From: Candidatus Woesearchaeota archaeon
GTDB taxonomy: Archaea > Nanobdellota > Nanobdellia > Pacearchaeales > GW2011-AR1
Assembly (NCBI GenBank): GCA_964621025.1
Contig: CAZUKQ010000002.1
Coordinates: forward strand, 35,292 to 99,291
DNA length: 64,000 nucleotides
Direction of reading: 5' to 3'
Part shown: positions 37,465-46,406 of the stretch, piece by piece
Position numbering within the stretch: position 1 is the first letter of the stretch
Layout of the letters: each line of letters opens with the position of its first letter
Notes under the pieces: model-generated
The model's input: only the letters and a program-made list of their open reading frames with translations
The model's database searches: none
What the model was told of the DNA's origin: nothing
Translations under genes and position numbers: made by a program

Positions 37465-37517
37465 TTGTCGCCTTTGCGACTACACTTCTTCATATACTAA
37501 AATGAGTAGTATATGAA

Positions 37518-37868
37518 ATGGTAATCACAAATGTTCAGAACAGATGTATGAGGTGTTATGAGCCTATTACTAATCCTGTTTGTGTTAAATGTCATTTAGA
37601 CGAGGTTAGATTTTTTTTGAAGGATTTTGATATAGATCCTCATCTAGTGGGCCTAATGGTAAATGATATTAAGAGCCACATTAGGGAAGAACCTATCCAT
37701 TCTGAAATTTGTTTATTATGTGGGAAGGAAAATCTTTCATTTTGTTCATACTGTTTTTTCATGATTGCCGCGAGGATAATAAAGAAATGGCTTGGTAGAG
37801 GAATTGTTTTAGATTCGTTCTTAGAAGTTTTCAATTATCAATTCGGTCATGAAGAATATACTTTGTAA
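37518..37868 (+). CDS. small Cys-rich Zn-ribbon protein, paralog B (see 12250..12648)
   Basis: CMRCYEPITNPVCVKC ... CLLCGKENLSFCSYCF and a C-terminal FLEVFNYQF...EEY, colinear with paralog A. Confidence 0.5.
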   Translation: MVITNVQNRCMRCYEPITNPVCVKCHLDEVRFFLKDFDIDPHLVGLMVNDIKSHIREEPIHSEICLLCGKENLSFCSYCFFMIAARIIKKWLGRGIVLDSFLEVFNYQFGHEEYTL

Positions 37869-37888
37869 CGAAGAATATACTTTGTAAC
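37851..37888. repeat. perfect 19-bp tandem duplication GAAGAATATACTTTGTAAC x2 spanning the stop codon of the upstream gene
   Basis: Copy 1 at 37851-37869 and copy 2 at 37870-37888 are identical. Copy 1 encodes the last residues (EEYTL*) of the Zn-ribbon gene. Confidence 0.7.
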
Positions 37889-37910
37889 TCAATAACATGA
37901 GATGCCTCCT

Positions 37911-37956
37911 GGAAGCGAAAGCTTCCCCATATTAGCAGCCCGTAGGGGCTGCTTTT
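37911..37956 (+). terminator. two consecutive perfect hairpins followed by a T-tract (possible terminator or small structured RNA)
   Basis: GGAAGC-GAAA-GCTTCC (37911-37926) and GCAGCCC-GTAG-GGGCTGC (37935-37952), followed by TTTT (37953-37956). Confidence 0.35.
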
Positions 37957-37992
37957 AAAATCATCATGGAAAATGTTTGAAAGAATAAATTT

Positions 37993-38172
37993 TTATTCTG
38001 TTTTTGTTTCTAGGTTAATTTTTCTTGTAGAACCGCAATTTCCGCAATTCCCTTGGTGGAATCCGGGAATATCTCCAAAACCTTCTTGATATCCCAAATA
38101 AGTATGTAACCCTAACCAATTACAGCTCTTGCATTCAGTCCAATAGGGAGCATCTTTATAAAAATTTGACAT
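37993..38172 (-). CDS. small Zn-ribbon ORF (59 aa, not in track)
   Basis: MSNFYKDAPYWTECKSCNW...GNCGNCGSTRKINLETKTE carries CxxC...CxxC. Just below the track length cutoff. Weak support. Confidence 0.3.
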   Translation of the reverse strand: MSNFYKDAPYWTECKSCNWLGLHTYLGYQEGFGDIPGFHQGNCGNCGSTRKINLETKTE

Positions 38173-38257
38173 AATTTTTTGTTGAAATATTAGTTTAAAA
38201 AGCTTTAGTTTTTGACAACCAACATCTTTAAAAATAGAATTTATCTTTATTGATTAT

Positions 38258-38406
38258 CCTCCCATAGCTCAGCGGTAGAGCACATGGCTGTAGAATAGCG
38301 TTGACATTTCCACTAAAGTGGCTAAGGATGAAACGTGAAAAGTCTGTGACTAAGGTTTTGTAATGCAGAACCCGTGGTGTCCCCGGTTCAATTCCGGGTG
38401 GGGGGA
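38258..38406 (+). tRNA. tRNA-Tyr (anticodon GTA) with ~77-nt intron at the canonical 37/38 position
   Basis: Exon 1 CCTCCCA-TA-GCTC-AGCGGTA-GAGC-A-CATGG-CTGTAG (38258-38293). Exon 2 starts near 38371 (C-CCGTG-GTGTC-CCCGG-TTCAATT-CCGGG-TGGGGGG-A). The intervening ~77 nt (38294-38370) interrupts the anticodon loop. Exact splice sites were not determined. Confidence 0.7.
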
Positions 38407-38467
38407 TTTCATATTTATTTTCGTTTTCGAAGGAAGATTTTATAAAGATTATATCTGTTATTTTAAC

Positions 38468-38938
38468 ATGCAAATAAATTGGCTTCTATTGATCGGATTT
38501 ATAGTCCTCTGTAATCTTCTTGGTTCCTTAGGTGCTATTTGGACAGCTTCAGATAGAAGTTGGTATAATTCTATAAACAAACCAAGTTTCAATCCACCTA
38601 GTTGGGTTTTTGGTCCAGTTTGGACACTTCTATTTACTGCCTTGGGGATTGCTTTATATTTTATCTGGGTTGCTCCTTCCTCCCAGGTTAAAATTATTGC
38701 ATTATCTTTTTTTATTATTCAATTTATTTTTAATATACTCTGGAGTTATTTGTTTTTTGGAGTTAATAATCCTCTCTGGTCTTTGATTGAAATATTAGTT
38801 TTACTTATTTTTATCTTGGCAACAGGAGTTTCTTTTTTCATGATTAATAGGCTCGCGGGATATTTAATTATGCCTTATTTTATTTGGGTTAGTTTTGCTA
38901 CTTTTTTGAATTATAATCTCTGGATTCTAAACAGATAG
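38468..38938 (+). CDS. tspO: TspO/MBR (tryptophan-rich sensory protein) family
   Basis: NPPSWVFGPVWTLLF plus five Trp/Tyr-rich TM helices. Start set to ATG 38468 (MQINWLL); the track start at 38363 overlaps the tRNA. Confidence 0.8.
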   Translation: MQINWLLLIGFIVLCNLLGSLGAIWTASDRSWYNSINKPSFNPPSWVFGPVWTLLFTALGIALYFIWVAPSSQVKIIALSFFIIQFIFNILWSYLFFGVNNPLWSLIEILVLLIFILATGVSFFMINRLAGYLIMPYFIWVSFATFLNYNLWILNR

Positions 38939-39006
38939 TTTTAATCTAGTTGTATTCATAAATTCCTCTTCTAAACATTTAAATAACTCCTTAACGTGAA
39001 TATTTT

Positions 39007-39219
39007 ATGGTGAAAAAGAGTGATAGCGTTGCATTTGTTCCAAATAAATATTTTTATATGTCTGCTTTCTTTGCTTTAGTTACAGTCCTCTTCGTTTGCT
39101 ACGGATTGAGAAATGACGACGTTGTTTATCTTTTAGAGTCTATTTTTTTAGGAATTATTGGTTTATTTTTTATTAACAAGAGTAAGAAATTTAAGGTTAG
39201 TAAGAAGAAAAAGAGATAA
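39007..39219 (+). CDS. small membrane protein
   Basis: 70 aa with two hydrophobic helices. Confidence 0.3.
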   Translation: MVKKSDSVAFVPNKYFYMSAFFALVTVLFVCYGLRNDDVVYLLESIFLGIIGLFFINKSKKFKVSKKKKR

Positions 39220-39224
39220 TTCTG

Positions 39225-39572
39225 TTGACTAAATTATATACTTTTTTGAATAGTAATTCTTATAAAGAGGACTGTACTAAGATTTGTATGCCAAAGGAAA
39301 AAGAAGTCGTGACAAAAATTGTTGACTACGTTGAGAAAAATTTGAAGAAAGGTTACAAGCTTGATGAGTTAAAATGGGCCTTAATTTCTCAGAAATATTC
39401 TAAGATTGAAATTGATAAAGCAATGTCAATCATTAACGCAAGAACAGCTAAGACTCAACAAGAAAAAAGAGCACAAGAAGTTCAAGCTGCGATGGTTGTT
39501 GAAGAAGAAAAACCTGTTGAAAAGAAAGTTGGTTTTTTCAAAAAAGTTCTTGGCAAGTTAAAAAATAATTAA
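39225..39572 (+). CDS. hypothetical protein
   Basis: 115-aa charged C-terminal ORF. No recognisable motif. Confidence 0.35.
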   Translation: MTKLYTFLNSNSYKEDCTKICMPKEKEVVTKIVDYVEKNLKKGYKLDELKWALISQKYSKIEIDKAMSIINARTAKTQQEKRAQEVQAAMVVEEEKPVEKKVGFFKKVLGKLKNN

Positions 39573-39895
39573 GGTCTATTAGAGTCTATGTTTCTTATTC
39601 TTGATGGTGCGTAAGCTCTTAAGTACATCCTTGCTTCTTCCATAATTTCTCTACTTTCTACTTCTCCAACTCCAGTTACTTGTTTTAAAATTCCATTAGT
39701 TACTGCATAAGCTGCGCCGTATCTTGCAAGTGTTTTTTCCGCTTCATTAGGGTTTCCATAATCAGTGTTTTTGTCTGCCTCTCCCCCAAGTTTTCTTACT
39801 TCTAAAGGATCAATACCTGTAATTCTCGTTCCTAAATTTATACCTGTGCTTTCTCTAGCAGAATATTTTCTCTCTTTCTTTTCTTTTGTTGCCAT
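39569..39895 (-). CDS. hypothetical protein (second compositionally atypical cassette)
   Basis: 108-aa Gly/Arg/Ala-rich ORF, unlike the Lys/Ile/Asn-rich neighbours. Confidence 0.4.
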   Translation of the reverse strand: MATKEKKERKYSARESTGINLGTRITGIDPLEVRKLGGEADKNTDYGNPNEAEKTLARYGAAYAVTNGILKQVTGVGEVESREIMEEARMYLRAYAPSRIRNIDSNRP

Positions 39896-39932
39896 AATGT
39901 TACAACTTTAAAGTGGTTTAAAAATCTTTTGA

Positions 39933-40271
39933 TTACCAAAGCAAAGGATAGAATTCTTTTTCTTCCATTAGCTCTCTGCATATCTCTTTCATCTTGATTG
40001 AATAAACTTGTTGAAGATACGTTCCGGTTTCAAAACTCTCTTGAAGATTTTCATATTCTTGAACGCTTTTAATAAATTTTTCTAATTCTGACAAAGTTTC
40101 TCCAGATTCTTGTGCACAAATTCTACATAAAAAATCCTGACCTCTTCTTATTGTTCGTAATGTTTCCTCTTGTTCAAAGTCTTCTTGAAAGAAATTATAG
40201 TCTACAGATTTTTCTCCTTTTTCGTCAAGGTAACCTTCTTGTGTTAGATAATTAACTAGTTCTTGTCCCAT
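39933..40271 (-). CDS. hypothetical protein (second cassette)
   Basis: 112-aa acidic Gln/Glu-rich ORF overlapping the upstream gene by 16 nt. Confidence 0.4.
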   Translation of the reverse strand: MGQELVNYLTQEGYLDEKGEKSVDYNFFQEDFEQEETLRTIRRGQDFLCRICAQESGETLSELEKFIKSVQEYENLQESFETGTYLQQVYSIKMKEICRELMEEKEFYPLLW

Positions 40272-40582
40272 CTTAAAGATTCAGCGTGTTCAGCTTTAAT
40301 AATTTTTGGAATTTCTTGGTAAGGCACCAATGTAAGTCTTACTTTTTCATCAATAAATACTGTTAATTGTAAGCAAGTTCTGTAAAGACCTTCTGCTTTC
40401 TCACTCATAAGATAGTCTTTTGTTGCATGTTTAATCGCTGGAAATCTAGTTTCGAATATCATTCTTTCTCGAGCATATTCTTCTAACCAATTTTCTAATT
40501 CTCTTCTAGAAAAATCTATTTTGCAAGTTTCAAGATCAGTCATTATTTCTGAAAGAGGTCTTATTTTAGTTTGTGTTTCCAT
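40256..40582 (-). CDS. hypothetical protein (second cassette)
   Basis: 108-aa ORF directly downstream of the metallophosphoesterase gene. Confidence 0.4.
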   Translation of the reverse strand: METQTKIRPLSEIMTDLETCKIDFSRRELENWLEEYARERMIFETRFPAIKHATKDYLMSEKAEGLYRTCLQLTVFIDEKVRLTLVPYQEIPKIIKAEHAESLRWDKN

Positions 40583-40603
40583 TTAAATTTCTATCCAGTT
40601 ATC

Positions 40604-42136
40604 TTATCTCCATCTTCCTGTAGGCATCAATAACATTTGTTTTTTACCGTTTTCATATAGGACATCGCTTGCAGCCATTGCTGAGCTAGAAGAACCTTCT
40701 GTGTAAGCTTGATCAGGTGCTAGAGTGCCCGTTACATGAACGTCTCCAGATATTTCTGGTGCGTGTGTGTGCCCGTAAATTCCCTTTCCGAAATGTGCTG
40801 CTTTTTGTTTTGCACTTCCTCCTCTTGAGCCATTTCTTCCGATATGTCCGTGAATTGAAAGATTGTTTCCAAGAACGTTAAGTTTGTCTTTTAATTTTAA
40901 GAACCGAACATTCTCAGGAAGTTTCCCATATAGGCCTATAGCATTCTTTAGATAGCTATCTTTATCAGGTAAACTTCCAATTATTTTTGCAACAATTGCG
41001 ACATTCCAAGGGTCTCTTTTCCAAATATCATCCTGAATATATTTTTTCAAGAAATCATCGTGGTTTGAATGAGGTAAATAGACCATATTCTTTTTGCCTA
41101 TAGCATTTGCAAATCTATGAAGTTCTAGGTAGCAGTTTTCTAATTCTTCTTCAAGGCAAAGATTAGACGGAGTAAATTTAAATTGCCTTGCCCTTTCTAC
41201 CCAGTCTTCCATTTCGTGATGACATATAGAATGTCCATTAAAAAAATCATGAAGTACTAATTTCTTCGGTTTGAAATAATCTATTTGTCCATAGGTTGCT
41301 TCTAGTAGTTCTCTTTTATGTGCGCCAAGATGAATATCTCCGGGAACTAAAGCTTCTACCCCCACTCTTTTTGGTTTACTATCTCCGTCAAATTTTTCGG
41401 CCAAGTCTACAAATTGTCCGTTTGGTGTTGCGGTTAAATGTCTCATGTTATATTGCGTTGGGCTCAGAACTTCAACAAATAAGGCACCCATGACGTGGTC
41501 TCTTACTGCCTGATTACCTCGGTCATTTCTCCAGTTGTAATGGGGAGTAGTTATACATCCTGTTGTTGCTAAAAACCTTGTCCAAGTTTGAAATGTTCCT
41601 ACCGGAGCAAGTCTTTGTTTTGAATGTGGATAGATAAGTGTCGCTTGATATCGGTTAGGTAAGCTTGTTCTTCCTGTTGAAGGATCTACATTTTGTGGAG
41701 GAACTCTGATATCTGAACGAGTAACATTATCATTTAATTTTTTGTAATTGTCTGCCCAATTTTCTTCTACTTCAGGTAAGTCTCTTACAGATTCATGAAG
41801 GACATCTTCTCTTTGACATTTTCCAGCCATAGGAAGTATTTGTAATTCTGCATCTTTTTCTTTTGCAAATCTTTTTAGACCAGCGTAAAGATTTTCGTGT
41901 AATGGTGCGGAACCTTCATCTAACCAAGGTTTTAGTACAGTATTTTCATTTCCTTCTTTATCTTTTTCAGTAGACTCATAATACGAAGCTTGTGCGCCAG
42001 TGAAAATGTATCTTTTAGGATATCTTGAATGATGTTCTGGAACAGATGTAGGTGTGATTTCAACAGAAGGTCTTTTTGATTGACGCTTCTTAGCTACCAT
42101 CAGAAATGTTTTACTCCTTTCATCACGCTCATACAA
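40604..42136 (-). CDS. calcineurin-like metallophosphoesterase with ~230-aa N-terminal extension
   Basis: Ordered motifs GDIHLGAHK (GDxHxG), LVLHDFFNG, LPHSNHDDF (GNHD-like), IHGHIG and GIYGHTHAP (GHxH). The local DNA is visibly GC-richer. Confidence 0.7.
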   Translation of the reverse strand: MYERDERSKTFLMVAKKRQSKRPSVEITPTSVPEHHSRYPKRYIFTGAQASYYESTEKDKEGNENTVLKPWLDEGSAPLHENLYAGLKRFAKEKDAELQILPMAGKCQREDVLHESVRDLPEVEENWADNYKKLNDNVTRSDIRVPPQNVDPSTGRTSLPNRYQATLIYPHSKQRLAPVGTFQTWTRFLATTGCITTPHYNWRNDRGNQAVRDHVMGALFVEVLSPTQYNMRHLTATPNGQFVDLAEKFDGDSKPKRVGVEALVPGDIHLGAHKRELLEATYGQIDYFKPKKLVLHDFFNGHSICHHEMEDWVERARQFKFTPSNLCLEEELENCYLELHRFANAIGKKNMVYLPHSNHDDFLKKYIQDDIWKRDPWNVAIVAKIIGSLPDKDSYLKNAIGLYGKLPENVRFLKLKDKLNVLGNNLSIHGHIGRNGSRGGSAKQKAAHFGKGIYGHTHAPEISGDVHVTGTLAPDQAYTEGSSSSAMAASDVLYENGKKQMLLMPTGRWR

Positions 42137-42218
42137 CTTTCTATTTTCATTTCTTTATAAACATTTATGTGCTGAAAAATAGTATTTTAAAAAATCTTTA
42201 TCTCCGTCGGTAAAATTG

Positions 42219-43256
42219 TTAATCGTGCTTTCCGTGAGCGATACTTTCGCCTCTTCCTGCTGAGGTCATAGAAATAAAATCTGCTTTTCCAATTATCTTT
42301 CTCATGTTGTTTGCTCCGATGTAGGTCATACCAGAAGCTAAACCGCCGATATATTTTTTGATGATTGGTTCAACCAGGCCCTTGAATGGAATTTTTGTCG
42401 CTTCACCTTCAACAGAAATGACTTCAGTCTTCTCTCCATTAAGTTGTAACTTTTTTATTGTTGCATCATAGGAGGCCATGCCACGATATTCTTTTACAAG
42501 TTTGCCTTTTTCTTTCAAAATTTTTCCAGGTGATTCTTTTGTTCCTGCTAAAACAAAACCAAGCATGACATTATCTGCACCAGCACCTATAGCCTTTACA
42601 ATGTCCCCAGGATGTCTTATTCCTCCGTCGGCACAAATTGGTATCTCCCCCCTAATCGCTTCGTAGACATCCATGATTGCAGTAATTTGAGGTACTCCTG
42701 CTCCAGACATTATTCTTGTTATGCACATAGAACCTGGACCGATTCCAACTTTGATTGCATCTGCGCCTTTAGATAAAAAATATTCTGCTGCATCTTTTGT
42801 TGCGATATTCCCACACATCACATCTATTTTTGGATAGTTTGTTTTAATCCATTCTAAAGTTTTTCCTGCATATTTTGAATGTCCATGTGCTATGTCTAGG
42901 ACTAAAATGTTTACGTCTGCCTTGACTAGTGCGGGCACTCTTTCTTCATAGTCTTTGATTCCGATGGCGGCGGCACAAATAAGATTGTATTGCTTTACCT
43001 TTCTTACCTGTGCTACTTGTTCTTCGATTGTTAAAAACCGATGAATCACGCCAAGTCCACCCATTTTCCCCAGTGTGATAGCCATTTCAGCTTCACAAAC
43101 TGTGTCCATGTTTGCTGCAATTATAGGAATGTTAATAGAATAATTTCTCGTGACTCTCGTTGTGAAGTCAACTTCTTTTCTAGAACGAATCTTGTTATAT
43201 TTAGGCACCATTAGAACGTCATCATAAGAATATCCTTTGCCCACGATTCTTGCCAT
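42219..43256 (-). CDS. IMP dehydrogenase/GMP reductase family protein lacking CBS domains
   Basis: N-terminal [11 protein letters not shown], catalytic-loop [11 protein letters not shown] (compare GIGPGSICTTR), [11 protein letters not shown] and CADGGIRH. Confidence 0.85.
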   Translation of the reverse strand: MARIVGKGYSYDDVLMVPKYNKIRSRKEVDFTTRVTRNYSINIPIIAANMDTVCEAEMAITLGKMGGLGVIHRFLTIEEQVAQVRKVKQYNLICAAAIGIKDYEERVPALVKADVNILVLDIAHGHSKYAGKTLEWIKTNYPKIDVMCGNIATKDAAEYFLSKGADAIKVGIGPGSMCITRIMSGAGVPQITAIMDVYEAIRGEIPICADGGIRHPGDIVKAIGAGADNVMLGFVLAGTKESPGKILKEKGKLVKEYRGMASYDATIKKLQLNGEKTEVISVEGEATKIPFKGLVEPIIKKYIGGLASGMTYIGANNMRKIIGKADFISMTSAGRGESIAHGKHD

Positions 43257-43362
43257 GAATTTCTGTATGGTTTCTTTTTTATAAAGATGTATATGGTGGA
43301 AAGTATATTTTGATTTGCATCAGAATCATTAAATTTAATTAGCCAAAATTTCTTATTTTTTT

Positions 43363-43737
43363 ATGTCAAGATTAAGAGAAAATGGTTTAGTTTGTAGTAG
43401 GCATGAAAGAGGGCCTGCGAGAATTATTCAAATGTATGTAGATGGAACTAAACCAGTTTTGTTTATAGGAGAGGATATTCATTCAGAGTCTTTAGAAGGA
43501 ATTTTAGATATGCTCGGCATAGATTATGAAATGGGAAGAATTCCAAATGGGAAGCAAGGTCCAGCCTTAGAAGGAAAAGAGTACAAAGTTGTGGGAATGG
43601 GATATGCGGAAGTAAGGGGCGATAAAATTTCAGTTAATACGTATGATCGTAGTTCAGGCTATGGAATTGGAATAAATCATGAACATTTTGAGAAAGTAAG
43701 ACCTTTTTTGAACGGTTTTGAACTCGAGATTGTTTAG
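43363..43737 (+). CDS. hypothetical protein
   Basis: 124-aa ORF. No recognisable motif. Confidence 0.35.
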   Translation: MSRLRENGLVCSRHERGPARIIQMYVDGTKPVLFIGEDIHSESLEGILDMLGIDYEMGRIPNGKQGPALEGKEYKVVGMGYAEVRGDKISVNTYDRSSGYGIGINHEHFEKVRPFLNGFELEIV

Positions 43738-43771
43738 TTATCTTTAAAAGTCTATTTTACATCTTAAAATC

Positions 43772-44866
43772 ATGGAATATTTTTTCGTTTTTGGTAGAAA
43801 TCCTGCACTTTCATATGCAGAACTAGTTGCGTATATGCAAACTCGTGGCGTGACTTTCAAGAAAGTTTTTTTTGAGAGAAATATTCTTATTGTAGAATTT
43901 GAGAAAGACCCTAATTTAGACATTCAGGAATTTGGAGGAATCATCAAAATGGGCAAAGTTCAGTTTAAAGGAGAAATGAAGAACTTTGAAATATTTATGT
44001 CTGAAGACGAATTAATAGAAAGCGACAAATTTACTTATTCTGTCTTGGGACATTCTGTTGAAGACTTATTGTCTGAAAAATTTAAGAGTGAAAAAAGAAA
44101 GGCAATGTTAAAGAGAGGTAGAAGAATGTTAAGTTTGCAGAATGATGATACTATTTTAATTCCAAATGCGGATATTGAATTTTTTAGTTATGATATCGAA
44201 GGCAAAATTTATTTTGGAAAAGTTGAACAAGATTATTCTTACTCTGAAATTAAAGAAAGAGATATGAAGAAACCAATTAGAAGAGAGAGTTTGGCGATTT
44301 CTCCAAGACTTGCAAAAATTTTAGTTAATCTTGCGCAGGTTCATGAAGGAGGATTATTATTGGATCCATTTTGTGGTGTTGGTGGAATTTTACAGGAAGC
44401 TTTGATTAAAAAAATAAATTGTTATGGTCTGGACAGAGATTTAGATGCAATTGAAAGTGCAAGAAAGAATTTGAAATGGATGGAACAAAGATATGATTTA
44501 AATGCGAGTTATAAATTGGTAAATGTTGATTCACGAAAAGCACCAAATATAAAAGTTGATGGTGTTGCGACAGAACCTGATTTAGGCGAGTTGGTTAGAG
44601 ATAAACCTAGCGATAAGAAAGCACAAGAAATTTTGAAAGGTTTTGAAACTTTATTCATTGCAGTTTTGAGAAGAATAAAAGAAATAAAAAAACCTGGTGC
44701 GAAGATTGCAGCGACGATGCCGTTCATTAGAAAACATTCTGTTGATTTAGCAAAGATTTGCGAGAAGACTGGTTTGAAACTTTCTAAACTTGAAGGTGTT
44801 GAGTTTCCAATCAAAGAATACCGAGATGAGCAATTTATTGGTAGAGAAGTTATAATCTTTGAATAG
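43772..44866 (+). CDS. THUMP-type RNA (tRNA guanine-N2-like) SAM-dependent methyltransferase
   Basis: SAM-binding LLLDPFCGVGGILQEA (compare DPFCGSGT of Trm14/RlmL-type enzymes), downstream of an N-terminal domain of about 170 aa. Confidence 0.6.
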   Translation: MEYFFVFGRNPALSYAELVAYMQTRGVTFKKVFFERNILIVEFEKDPNLDIQEFGGIIKMGKVQFKGEMKNFEIFMSEDELIESDKFTYSVLGHSVEDLLSEKFKSEKRKAMLKRGRRMLSLQNDDTILIPNADIEFFSYDIEGKIYFGKVEQDYSYSEIKERDMKKPIRRESLAISPRLAKILVNLAQVHEGGLLLDPFCGVGGILQEALIKKINCYGLDRDLDAIESARKNLKWMEQRYDLNASYKLVNVDSRKAPNIKVDGVATEPDLGELVRDKPSDKKAQEILKGFETLFIAVLRRIKEIKKPGAKIAATMPFIRKHSVDLAKICEKTGLKLSKLEGVEFPIKEYRDEQFIGREVIIFE

Positions 44867-44939
44867 GTCCTTATTTTGAAGTTACTTTAAAGTAGTTACA
44901 AATAGGAAGGTTTAAATACTTGTTTTAACTAGAGATTAT

Positions 44940-45677
44940 ATGAAAAAAGGGATGCTTAGTGTAATATTGGCTGCGGGAACTACTCTTAATGTTTTAGCTG
45001 GCGGTCCTACTGAATTAAATCGGCAATTGGTTTCTCAACAAGGAGCAATAACCGAATATGGCGAATGTGGTTCGGTAGTTCTAGGAGAGAGAAGTTTAGA
45101 AAGTAAGGAAGGATATGTAGTAAAAGTAAGAGCAACAGAGGAAAAAGGTTACGATTTTTATAAACTTGCAGACTCAAGAGATTTAAAGTTCACTATAAGC
45201 ACCCCAAAGACTAGAATGTACATTACTGACAAAGGAGCCAACGGTTTAGACAAAGGAGACTATCTTCTTTTAGACCATAAATTTGAAAATGGAGACTCAT
45301 TAAACATGTATATTAGTTACTGTGGAGCAGACGACTTTTTCAGAGTTAGGTCCGCAATCTATTCTGCCGATAATGGTCGTGAAGAAAATTGTTACTCTTA
45401 TTCTGATGTAGACACTTCTGCCTTAAACTTTGCTCCAAGAAAAATGGTGGCACAAAAAATGAAACCAGTCTTCGAGTTAGGAAAGAGTATCTATTCAAAT
45501 TTGGTATCCTGTGTTGAAAGTAATACAAATCCTTCAATACCCTTTAAAGATTTAGAAACTGCTCTTTCAAGAGTAGAACCCTTACTTCCAAGAATAAAAA
45601 ATCAAGATTCTTCAGTAGGCTTGCCTCTAATAAGAATTGCGAATGAGTATTCTCAATTGGCGAAAGAAAGACTGTAA
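44940..45677 (+). CDS. secreted hypothetical protein
   Basis: Signal peptide (MLSVILAAGTTLNVLAGG), then a 220-aa Cys-containing domain. Confidence 0.4.
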   Translation: MKKGMLSVILAAGTTLNVLAGGPTELNRQLVSQQGAITEYGECGSVVLGERSLESKEGYVVKVRATEEKGYDFYKLADSRDLKFTISTPKTRMYITDKGANGLDKGDYLLLDHKFENGDSLNMYISYCGADDFFRVRSAIYSADNGREENCYSYSDVDTSALNFAPRKMVAQKMKPVFELGKSIYSNLVSCVESNTNPSIPFKDLETALSRVEPLLPRIKNQDSSVGLPLIRIANEYSQLAKERL

Positions 45678-45737
45678 TAGGCTTAGATAGCTCTAATAAA
45701 ACTAAAGAAATAAAAACTATCAATTTTTATCAATTCT

Positions 45738-46406
45738 ATGAGGTTATTCTTATCTGGTGGGAGTATGGAACCATTTATTCTGGATAAAATGTTTGTTGAT
45801 GCAATTGATAAAACTAAACCTCTTTTATACATTCCAATTGCGATGGACCCAAAAGAACATTCTGCAGAAGAATGTTTTGTCTGGATGAAGAATTATTTTT
45901 CTAAATTTAATTTTAGCAACATAGTTATGACTACAGACTTGAGAAAAATTTCAGAAAAAGATTTGGATAAATTTGGAGGAGTTTACATCGGTGGGGGAAA
46001 CACTCCTTTTTTGTTGAAAGAATTAAAAGATTCTGGATTTTATGAACATTTGAAAACTCTGATAGAGAAAGATGTTCCTTTAGCTGGTGGAAGTGCAGGC
46101 GCAATAATTTTTGCAAAAACAATTGTTCCTTCTTTAAGCACAGATGAGAATGGGGTTAAACTAAAAATTTTTGATTCACTAGATAAACTTCAAGGTTGGG
46201 ATTTAGATGCTCATTATGAAATTTCTATGGATGCTGACATCAGGAGATATATGAAAGAATACAATCTGAAGAAGGTTATTGCTTTGCCAGAAAGATGTGG
46301 TTTATTTGTCGAAGGCAAAAAGATGAAAATAATCGGCGAGCTTTCTGCTTGGATTTTTGATTCTAAAGGAAAAAAAGAAATTAGGAATGGAGAAGAGTTG
46401 AAATGA
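45738..46406 (+). CDS. peptidase S51 (dipeptidase E / cyanophycinase-like) family
   Basis: IGGGNTPFLLKELKDSGFYEHL...PLAGGSAGAIIF matches the S51 GGGNT...GxSAGA nucleophile region. Confidence 0.6.
   Translation: MRLFLSGGSMEPFILDKMFVDAIDKTKPLLYIPIAMDPKEHSAEECFVWMKNYFSKFNFSNIVMTTDLRKISEKDLDKFGGVYIGGGNTPFLLKELKDSGFYEHLKTLIEKDVPLAGGSAGAIIFAKTIVPSLSTDENGVKLKIFDSLDKLQGWDLDAHYEISMDADIRRYMKEYNLKKVIALPERCGLFVEGKKMKIIGELSAWIFDSKGKKEIRNGEELK

Noticed and set aside
38294-38370. Box C/D sRNA within the tRNA-Tyr intron
   Set aside because: Only partial C-like (GGATGAAA) and D-like fragments are present. No properly spaced C/D/C'/D' set.
38228-38473. Track ORF 38228..38473 (-) and the 5' part of 38363..38938 (+)
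   Set aside because: Both overlap the intron-containing tRNA-Tyr. The TspO coding region starts at ATG 38468.
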